Positions 1 through 11,600 of a stretch of 64,000 nucleotides of DNA are shown here, piece after piece. The position numbers were made by a program, and so were the translations under genes. The DNA comes from Antedon mediterranea (Eukaryota > Animalia > Echinodermata), in the NCBI RefSeq assembly GCF_964355755.1, contig NC_092679.1:19265432-19329431 (forward strand). Reading direction: 5' to 3'. Below the pieces are notes generated by a model, which saw only the letters and a program-made list of their open reading frames with translations, was not told the DNA's origin and did not search any database. The stretch's first letter is position 1; each line of letters starts with the position of its first letter.

Positions 1-1183
1 CCCTTGCGTAATTATTTAATCATTGTTACAATATCTATTGATTTTCTTACAACAAACAAGTCATTTTCGTCATGATCAAGATAATCTAGAAATTAAATCC
101 TATGTTTTGTAACCCTTTGAACCATTTAGTCCCAAAGGGATGCAACTGTATACCATGTACAAACACAAATTAAGATTTTAAATGCTTATTTTTATCAGTG
201 GTATTTAGGTAGGTATGTCTTTGGATTTTACCGATTTCTAAAACTGCGATTCATCTCAATAATTATGATGGTTTTTCATTTAAAAACATCATTAAAAACA
301 ACATTACATTTAATAAAATCATCAAAGTAAATGTTAATATTGTCTTACCAATTCTTGGAAATTATCCCAGAATTAATTAAAGTCATACTTAGTAAGATAA
401 AGCACTTTATAGAAATAGTTCACTGTCCTTTGACAGTGCCTCCCATGTGGTCAAACGATGAAAGAAAAACCGAAATAGATGGCGCCTCTATTCCAAGTCT
501 TTCAGATGACATGACAATTTAGCATTGTTTGGAGACGCGCCAACGAGGGCGGCTATCAACGGCACTTAACATTCGTCATTGTATTACTTTTTCTTTGCTT
601 TGTACTGGCAGAGCTGTAACCAAAATATGCAGCATAAGCATGACTTTATAATATAGGTAAATTGATGCATGCTGTGTGGATGGTGAAATGGTGTTTGGTG
701 CAATGCTGTGCTATTGAATGCGGCCATAGCCTGAAATATGAAATGTGTAAAAAACAAACAATGATTTGACATTGGTTAATAGTGTCAGACTCTGCCTTGG
801 TAATGATTTTGAGAGGCTAATTGGGCATCTTATGTTACAGATCCTGGCAATTACCTCCTACCGTTTCAGTTAAAATTAATCATTTTGATGTAGCCAGTTA
901 TTGTATCGTCAATTTCATTTATATTCAATTTAAAGTTATAATACTTGATAGAAAGGTAGTCTACCTTAAAATTTGAATTATTTTTTTCAAATTTTATTTT
1001 GTGAAGGTCTCTTTTGTTTTAAGGATTATTATCATATCAAATTTTTTAATTTTAAAAATAAGTTTGTCAATCAATCAATCAATCAATAATTATGCTCTTA
1101 TCATAATATTAAATGAAATTAAGAATGACAATTTATCCATATTATTATTATTATATTTATTTTAATATATTTCACAACTTACA

Positions 1184-1333
1184 CAGTAAAACCATTCCTT
1201 TAGGCCATTCCTATTCAGGGGACATCCCATGAAGATAGGGGAAACAATGGTATGTTTTAACACTGGCAACAATTCTATTGGACTCATTTGTTTGGTCCTA
1301 TTAAGGAGTCCCTTTAATAGGTGTTATACTGTA
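1184..1333. mobile_element. Degenerate Tigger/pogo-like MITE family (CAGTA..ACC / GGT..TACTG) with CCCTATTCAGGGGACA-like subrepeats; relatives at ~5720-5910, 18880-19030, 41935-42190, 50510-50670, 63640-64000
   Basis: Shared GGGACACC/CCCTTAATAG motifs; copies are diverged. Confidence 0.55.
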
Positions 1334-4300
1334 GTTGTAGTAAATTTGTGTATAAAAAAAAAAGAAGGCTAGTCTGTCTTAAGATTTTATATAAATTTAA
1401 TAGGTCTATGATCGCGAGATCAGATCTAGACTAAGAAAGAAATCAGAATTATTACAAAATATGTACTGATCTGTTAATAATTCCTAAATCAGGAAGATCA
1501 AGGTTAAAGGTATGTATTTTGTAGATAAAAATAAATATAAAAATTATGAAAACAATCTGGTGTTTTTTTCCATTTAGTTATTTCTATAAATACATAAAAA
1601 ATATTATGCAAGATGATTTTATTTTTAAACATAAAAATAGCAAACATCATAATAAATTGATTAGTCAGAATATAAGATATGATCTGATTTTTTTTTATAA
1701 TTAGTAACAAATATCTAAATAAAAAATAGTGGCTAAGAAAAAGAGGAAATTTAAAACAGGAAGCTGTAAATAATGATTATTGTTTCATTGATTAATTTTT
1801 AGTTTTAGTTTAGATGTCATTTAATTTTATATAACACAAATGTCTCTATGCACTCGCTTTGCAAACAAGTCAAATTAACAAACACATAAAAAAGACTAAT
1901 AATAATCCACGTAACAATTGAGTTGTTGTTCCCTCTCTACAGTATATCTGAATGTAGCTCAGACAATTTTTTGTTCCCTTATCAATTATCTGAAATGTTA
2001 AAATTAACACACACACAAAAAGACTATAAGGCACGTAAAAATATGAGTTGTTTTTCCCTTCCTACATCCGAATGTAGCTCAGACAATTTTTTGTTCTCTT
2101 ACCAATTATATCTGTAACGGCAAAATTAACAGGGAAAGTCCCATATCAAAGCTATTTGTATAGAAATCATACTCGGATTTTGTGTATGTAGTAATTTACA
2201 AGAATTTGAATAAATTCAACAAGGAAACTGACACACAAAACATAACATTCACAACATTTTATTCCTCCAGTGGTTTACAAAAAAAAAACTTTCCTTCCTC
2301 CAATTTTCTTCTTTTTTAAAGTAACATCAACATTTTTTTATTATGTGGCCTTACAGATTTATATGATTAAATAAAAACGGGATGCAAAAAATAAGTAATG
2401 AGTATTGTATGTTCATCAAGTTAATCTAAGGATTATATACTGTTCTTTCTGACAAGGATACTACTATAGTAAATTATCTTTCCACCTTCCCCAATTATTG
2501 CTTTAGGGCGCTGGATACTCTAAAACCTATTATCCACTATAATCATACCCTGTCAACTCCTACTAAAGCTGCCGAAGGTGTTACTAAACTTGCACAGTGG
2601 AAGGCTTACAGACGCCCTAAGAGAAACCTACATATAAAAGCTCATAGATCACCATTTGATGATTGTGCAGCATTGACAGATGCCTCGATTTTTAAAACAT
2701 TCACTGCTCGTTAAATACTATAACTGATTTTGTTCATTGTTTTTGTTTTAGATTTTTTACATCTAAGAATATTTGAGTAATAATGCCTTTGGTCGATCAC
2801 ATTAATCAGTTTGTTTTACAAAATTAATTTGACAATACAGCAAATTTGTCATCCTTTATTTACATAAAAGCAATGAGTTACACATAACATTTAAAGTTAA
2901 GAATGTTTAATATTAGAACATATTTGAGAGATAGATGTAGGATTTTCCATCCATACTAGCTACTACTAGCACTATAGAATACATAATTTCTATGTATTAT
3001 CTACGAAACTAACATTTCGATCATATTTATAATAAACTTTGAAACCATCACTGCTTTTTGCTGAATTTTATTTATTTGTTTTTATGTATTTTCCTCAAAA
3101 CATAAAAAATGAAGATTAATAAAATCAGAATTTGAATAGGGCATTTTGTTGTTTTAATTAATTTAATCACTTCCAAAGTTCCATAGAAAAAAAAATAAAC
3201 AAAAAATGTTCACTTATGAAAAGTGGTTAATTTCAAACAAAAGCTGGCAGCCCATTTGACTATTTTTTTTTTGTGCTTTAAATTACAGTTTTTTCAGTTA
3301 AATCATTTTTTTCCTAATCCAATTTTTGGTCATTGAAAGTAAATAATTATTTTGTGACAATAAAATGGTATATTTAACAATAAAATTGTTTCCGTGGACA
3401 ATATATCTAAAAAGAATTCAAATTTTCCAAGCCACATGACATAATATGAATCTTTGTCATACAAAAGAAATCCATTGATATCTTTTACAATGTATTCTTA
3501 AAATATCGTTAGTTGGAAGCTATGTGAAAGAAAACTTCTATATGAATGTCCATATTACGTCTAATTTGATCGACCTTTGAACTTATTAAGTGAAAGTTAT
3601 TACCAAATAACTAATTGATTTAAAAATAGTTAATGAGGTGATTAAAACAAATTGAAGGAAGGTGATGTGAAAACAACACAAGAAAGTAGTTGATAGAGTC
3701 GCGGAGATGCCTTTGAGGGATAATAAATGCAGACAATGAGAAAAACGCGCATATTTATTAAGACGGTCGCGGACATTAAAATCTTTGTCTAACGGGAAAA
3801 CAGGAAATTATAGGATTAAGAATCTTTGATGTTGCAACTTTTTATCCGATTTCAGTGACAGGCCAAACGAAAGATATTTACGATTGGGTGTTTGTGATTA
3901 CGACGCAAAAGCCGAGGAATTGCTTGACACAACAAATATAAGTCGGTATGTCTACCAAAGAGGCTTTTAATTCCATCGGCCAAAGTCTGAAATCCCTGTG
4001 GAGACATCAAACCTTATAGGCTAGGCTTTAAGCCGCAAATAAAATGCGTCTGCAAATTAGTCCTGTTTAGACCTTATTTGGAGAGATATTACCACAGGGT
4101 GTGGATGGAATCGGGGCTAGGCTCAAGTATGTTGGTTATACAGATGGTACTATTGCAGATGGGAAGATAAGCTTCTTCGGATGAGTGTAACGACAACATG
4201 TGGCATTTCTGACCGCCATGTGTTCACAGATATCCTAGTCATTAATCTATAGTAGACAATGTCCCAGCATGATACAGATATTTCCTCATGCCTTATGTAT

Positions 4301-5612
4301 TAGTATCGCAAACAATAACCAGAGGCCTACGTAGTTAATCACATAGTAAAAAAACACACACAGGATAAATAAGTGTAGATTACATATCAATTATCCCTTT
4401 AGGGCTTCACATAGAGGGCGCTATTGTGCCTCTTACATAGTATCGCAACCAATAGCCAGAAGCCATACAATAATATGTAAACATGAACAGGATTATCCCC
4501 TGGTAGGCTTAACTAAGCCAGACAGGTCAGTGGGTGGAGAGCAGGATAAATTCACCCCAAAACTGGTGCTCCAAATTATGGGGTTGGGTGTGAGGCCGCC
4601 TTATCACCCTTTAAAAAGACTCGTCACAGAAAGAAACCGAAATAAAAATTCTTCTTTTTTTCCATTATTAAGATTGATTGATGATTTTAAAAAAATGTTC
4701 TAATTTCGACAAAAAAGTAATATTAAAAACAAAGCCGTAAGACAAACATGACTAAAGGTTAAAATAAGCAATAAAGTTAATGGGACATGACTGAGGAGGC
4801 AAGGCTGTCGGCCTCTGGTGTTTTCTACCTTAGATCATTACTGAAATCTTAAATTAATGTATAATTTGACAACTAATGTAAACAATCAAAAACACTATGA
4901 ATGTTTTTTAAAATTTTAGTTTATGAATATTAATCATCATGTGTTCCCGATTTTTCTCTCAAATACGATTATCAAATTCTAAACAATTGCCGCAAAATAT
5001 CACATTATTAACATTGATTGTCTGCCCACGTAATTCTACCTACTCTACAAATGAGGTGGATGCAGAAATTATTCAAATTCCAAAGACTTAACTGATTTAA
5101 ATATGAAATTGATAAAAAATAGAGCAAGATTTAGATTTACAGATAAAAAGGTCACTTGAAAAGGAATGAATGCAATGGAGTACAGTCCACTTCCCTAATA
5201 CTGGACGTCTGGTTTTTCATGAAATTCTGGTATTTCGAATGCGTTTTAATGGTTAAAAAGAATTTGGGACCTTTGGGACCCCAAAGAGAACTGATTTGCA
5301 GAGGGTCTGGTATTAAAAGAGTCGATTAACATTAAAGAATTTTAAGAAGGGTGTAAAACTGATAGAAAATACTATCATTCCAAGCACATAATTCTTTATG
5401 CTAAATGATTTCATAATGCATCAAAATGAAAAAGAGGGAGAGCTAAAATCAGTGTGGAGGAAAATTGTTTGAACAAACCTGAAGAAAGAAAAACGTCACT
5501 TTGGGAAGAATAGAACAGCCAAAGACAGAGTAGATAGAGCATTTTGTTGTAGCCAGCCGGAATGAAGAGGATAACTTAACCTAATGTATTCATATGGTAT
5601 TTTTACACTCAC

Positions 5613-5672
5613 CTCATCAAATTTCTTTATATAGTATCTGACAATATAATGCAACAATGTTTCCTTATCCTC
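5613..5672 (-). CDS. FMN: Formin exon 12 (FH2)
   Basis: [20 protein letters not shown]; TTTTCTAG acceptor, GTGAGT donor. Confidence 0.9.
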
Positions 5673-8600
5673 CTAGAAAAAAAATGATTAAAAATGTATT
5701 ATTCTTTTAATAACTTAGTACAGTTTTTTAATAAGGAACGCCCCTTGATAAGGTGAACTCTTGAAAAGAAGTCCTTCCGTAAGGTGGTCCTTTATTAGAG
5801 TATTAGAGTATTCACAGAGTGTCGTCTGTTGGGAATATGTCTCTTAAAAAGTTTAACCCTCTAAAAAGTGGTCCTTCGATATAGGAGTTTCTTTTAATCG
5901 TGGTACTTCAACAAACAACAAACAAACAAACATTGTATTGATTCGTATGTTAAATTTATTATGACAAAGATTTCCAATTGGACATAAGCCAATACAATTA
6001 GGTATCATGTTATTAGATTAAAACAAAAGATCTATCTATAGAGTAAAGTATAATATGATCCAACTCTTAATTTAATAATATAAAAGAAAAAAGATGTTTA
6101 AACTTTAAAAGATAAAAATAGAACAAAAGATAGTATTGTATAAAGCAGAATAATAAAGAACATGTTTAAACTAATTTTATTCAGATGAATGATATTGCAT
6201 TTTCTTTTTTGTCAGTCAGTCAAATATATTTCTACAAAATATGCTACAATTTCTGAAAATAAACCATTTTGAATTACGGTAAATCCAAGTTTCCTGAAAT
6301 TCTAAATTTTATCCTAATTAAATTAAAAGAAAAATAAGTTTTTCATTTAATAAATATATCTAGAAATGTTTACGGTTTTCAGAGTAACATATTTGACTGC
6401 AAACTATGTATTTTTTTAATTTGTTTGTCAGACTACAAAGTAATACTCATGTAGATTAATTTTTGTCAAACTTAGAGGGCGCTATATAACTTAAAATCAT
6501 GCACTAAACTAATCACTTAAATGTTGATAACATTAATTAGAGCAAGAAAGTATGCTTTTTTGTCTCTTTTTGCAGTAGAAGTGCGGAGTATTCAGTGTGT
6601 TGTATTTGTGGGGAAATTGCTTACATATCTGCTTGTATTTAAGTATTCCTATTAAATATCTTATACTTCTGTAATAACTTATAACAAAACGATAAATACT
6701 TACTGAGCTTTTAACATCTTTTAATTTTGGTAATATTTCCAAGCCAAACCCATCTGCTTGTCCTCGAGTTCTGTTACCTACAAGAAAAAAGAATTTTAAT
6801 ATAATGTTTAACAAATAAAATCAAATCTCTCTCGCTCTCAAGAACTTTTTAAAAGAATGTAATTCAATTCAATTTCTTTATTGCTGCAAATGCCATCAAG
6901 GGCTAATATCCGCATAAACATACTGCATCATACAAACATAATTATACATATTTACATTTAAAATTTAAACACATAAAAATTATAGTCATTGAAATATGCT
7001 TAGAAAGAGTAGCAGTATGTCTTCCCATGAAATTGGGTCATTTGGAAGGAGAGTTGGTCGAGTGGGTAATGAGCTCTTATACAAGTACCAAAAGGGAGAG
7101 TTGGTCTAGTGGGTAATGAGCTCCTATACAAGTACCAAAAGGGAGAGTTGGTCTAGTGGGTAATGAGCTCTTATACAAGTACCAAAAGTGAGAGTTGGTC
7201 TAGTGGGTAATGAGCTCTTATACAAGTACCAAAAGGGAGAGTTGGTCTAGTGGGTAATGAGCTCCTATACAAGTACCAAAAGGGAGAGTTGGTCTAGTGG
7301 GTAATAAGCTCTTATACAAGTACCAAAAGGGAGAGTTGGTCTAGTGGGTAATAAGCTCTTATACAAGTACCAAAAGTGAGAGTTGGTCTAGTGGGTAATA
7401 AGCTCTTATACAAGTACCAAAAGGGAGAGTTGGTCTAGTGGGTAATAAGCTCTTATACAAGTACCAAAAGGGAGAGTTGGTCTAGTGGGTAATGAGCTCT
7501 TATACAAGTACCAAAAGTGAGAGTTGGTCTAGTGGGTAATGAGCTCTTATACAAGTACCAAAAGGGAGAGTTGGTCTAGTGGGTAATGAGCTCCTATACA
7601 AGTACCAAAAGTGAGAGTTGGTCTAGTGGGTAATGAGCTCTTATACAAGTACCAAAAGGGAGAGTTGGTCTAGTGGGTAATGAGCTCCTATACAAGTACC
7701 AAAAGGGAGAGTTGGTCTAGTGGGTAATAAGCTCTTATACAAGTACCAAAAGGGAGAGTTGGTCTAGTGGGTAATGAGCTCTTATACAAGTACCAAAAGT
7801 GAGAGTTGGTCTAGTGGGTAATGAGCTCTTATACAAGTACCAAAAGGGAGAGTTGGTCTAGTGGGTAATGAGCTCCTATACAAGTACCAAAAGGGAGAGT
7901 TGGTCTAGTGGGTAATAAGCTCTTATACAAGTACCAAAAGGGAGAGTTGGTCTAGTGGGTAATGAGCTCTTATACAAGTACCAAAAGGGAGAGTTGGTCT
8001 AGTGGGTAATGAGCTCCTATACAAGTACCAAAAGGGAGAGTTGGTCTAGTGGGTAATGAGCTCCTATACAAGTACCAAAAGGGAGAGTTGGTCTAGTGGG
8101 TAATGAGCTCTTATACAAGTACCAAAAGGGAGAGTTGGTCTAGTGGGTAATGAGCTCCTATACAAGTACCAAAAGGGAGAGTTGGTCTAGTGGGTAATGA
8201 GCTCTTATACAAGTACCAAAAGGGAGAGTTGGTCTAGTGGGTAATGAGCTCTTATACAAGTACCAAAAGTGAGAGTTGGTCTAGTGGGTAATAAGCTCTT
8301 ATACAAGTACCAAAAGTGAGAGTTGGTCTAGTGGGTAATGAGCTCTTATACAAGTACCAAAAGGGAGAGTTGGTCTAGTGGGTAATGAGCTCTTATACAA
8401 GTACCAAAAGGGAGAGTTGGTCTAGTGGGTAATGAGCTCTTATACAAGTACCAAAAGGGAGAGTTGGTCTAGTGGGTAATGAGCTCTTATACAAGTACCA
8501 AAAGGGAGAGTTGGTCTAGTGGGTAATGAGCTCTTATACAAGTACCAAAAGGGAGAGTTGGTCTAGTGGGTAATGAGCTCCTATACAAGTACCAAAAGTG

Positions 8601-11600
8601 AGAGTTGGTCTAGTGGGTAATGAGCTCCTATACAAGTACCAAAAGTGAGAGTTGGTCTAGTGGGTAATGAGCTCCTATACAAGTACCAAAAGGGAGAGTT
8701 GGTCTAGTGGGTAATGAGCTCTTATATAAGTACCAAAAGGGCGAGTTGGTCTAGTGGGTAATGAGCTCTTATACAAGTACCAAAAGGGAGAGTTGGTCTA
8801 GTGGGTAATGAGCTCTTATACAAGTACCAAAAGTGAGAGTTGGTCTAGTGGGTAATGAGCTCTTATACAAGTACCAAAAGGGAGAGTTGGTCTAGTGGGT
8901 AATGAGCTCTTATACAAGTACCAAAAGGGAGAGTTGGTCTAGTGGGTAATGAGCTCTTATACAAGTACCAAAAGGGAGAGTTGGTCTAGTGGGTAATGAG
9001 CTCTTATACAAGTACCAAAAGGGAGAGTTGGTCTAGTGGGTAATGAGCTCTTATATAAGTACCAAAAGGGCGAGTTGGTCTAGTGGGTAATGAGCTCTTA
9101 TACAAGTACCAAAAGGGAGAGTTGGTCTAGTGGGTAATGAGCTCCTATACAAGTACCAAAAGGGAGAGTTGGTCTAGTGGGTAATGAGCTCTTATACAAG
9201 TACCAAAAGTGAGAGTTGGTCTAGTGGGTAATGAGCTCTTATACAAGTACCAAAAGGGAGAGTTGGTCTAGTGGGTAATGAGCTCTTATACAAGTACCAA
9301 AAGTGACAAAATAATTGAGTCATTTGGAAGGAGAGTTGTTCTAGTGGGTAATGAGCTCTTATACAAGTACCAAAAGTGACAAAATAATTAGTGTACCTCC
9401 GTTCATGTAGTTTCCAAAGGTCAATATAATTCCACAAATTGTTTCAACTTCTGGACTATGTAAAAGCATCTACAAATAAAAAAAGATGCATTATAAGTGT
9501 TACTACAATTGCTGCAGTAAATTTATCACTACAGAACAATGTATATTAGACTAAAGCTCTGTCCACACTATCAAACTTTATGTGATGTGCCTATATACGG
9601 ACAGGATGATATTGATGATACCATATTTGAGCATATCACTACCATATTTGGGCACACATTTTTGTCAAACTAGTTTGATAGACAGAGCTTTAGAATCAAA
9701 TAATCATATGGGAATAAAAATCAAATGTAAACAAAAGTAACACATTTTTACACAGTAGAAGGACTTTGGATGCTTTCATTTGGAAATGGTACTGTAGATG
9801 ACGGAAAAACATTAGATCTACAAAATACAGTTCAAATAATAAACAGAATGGGGTATACGTGTGCCCAAATATGGTAGTGATATGCCTAAATATAGTAGTG
9901 ATTTTGAGATCATCCTGTCCATATATGGGCAGATCACATTTTTTTTTCACATTAAGTTTGATAGTGTAGATAGAGCTTTAGACAGGATTTGAACCCCGGA
10001 TCCTCTATAATACATACCTTTGAAACTTCATGGAGGTTCTTAACCCTGGATGCTATATCTTGCAGACTGTCTTTAAATATCTCCTGGTAGGTTAAACAAT
10101 ACACACGATCCTCAAAACTTGGAATTTGCGATAGTTCATATAAAAATCTGAAAGAAAGCACATAAAATAATCCCAAGAACATGATGTATCTATCTATCTA
10201 AAATGTTATTAGTCAGATGTTTGCCTTATTCTTGACCTAATACTACATATATATGATAATTAGGTCAAACTTATGTCCTTAAGATGGCTAAGCTGACGTT
10301 TATACCTCGAGTCCAGGATGGGGATGTGGCCTAGGACTATATGTCCAGGAATATTCCAATACATGTGTTATAGTAAATACTACTGCTGTACTACTACTAT
10401 TAAAAGTTTCTTTTTCTTTTAAAACATACTGTTCTGGTTTGTCTAGTGATACATCTGGTTTCTTCTTGCAATGTTTTTGAATTAGTTTCAGCTCTTCTGG
10501 TTGTGGTCTCTGCAATTAAAACAAAATATATCATAGAAGAATACCTTTTTTACTTACTAACTAATAGAAGGGCTTATTTTACTTTGTTATATAGGGTTTA
10601 CTTACCAGATCATAGAGGGCTGACTTACTAGTTTATAGAGGGCTTACTTACTAGTTTATAGAGGGCTTACTTACTAGCTCATAAAGGCTTACTTACTAGA
10701 TCATAGAGAGCTTACTAAATACTAGATTATAGAAGGCTTACTTACTAGCTCATAGAGGGCTTCAAGGTTTTCAAGATCCAACACTGAAGAATCAAGGTTA
10801 AGAACAGCAGATTCTATGTCCGACATCTCCGCATGTAAGCTGGACATGAGGATACCAACGGCTTGGGATCGCTTACTGTCTAATAATTTGGCCACCTGAA
10901 AAAAGGGTCATCAGAAATTTTAAAAGAATATTTGTTATCAATAGAAAAGATTTGTTCAAACTTGCACAACCAATAAAATGAGAACCGGTTTAAAAAATGT
11001 AAAGCATTAATTGTATTATTATTGTTATTGTATTATTATCATATTTTTATGTGGCATTCAAACTTCTATACCTATGGGTCATGTTCAGTTCACACTGTCT
11101 GGCTAACGTTACTTAAACCAAAAATTCAATGATTTTTTCCCCAAATACACACAATAGAGTTGAAACGCACCTTAAGCTTCCATTTTAAACATTTAAGAAT
11201 TGGTTTTGTTATATAATATTTTAAAAGTTCAAAAGTTTGTTTGTATAAGTTTGGAAGTATACATGCAATAAAAATGAATTTAATACAAACTGAAAACGTT
11301 TTAAAGGATTAAAAATATATAAAGCTATGTCTACACTATCAAACTAGTTTGACAAAAAATGTGTGATGTGTTCAAATATGGTAGTGATATGTTTAAATAT
11401 GGTAGTGATATGTTCAAATATGGTAGTGATATGTTTAAATATGGTAGTGATATGTTTAAATATGGTAGTGATATGTTCAAATATGGTAGTGATATGTTTA
11501 AATATGGTAGTGATATGTTCAAATATGGTAGTGATATGTTTAAATATGGTAGTGATATGTTTAAATATGGTAGTGATATGTTCAAATATGGTAGTGATAT

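Noticed and set aside
7036-9390. CRISPR-like array
   Set aside because: Units are contiguous with no unique spacers, there are no cas genes, and the context is a eukaryotic intron
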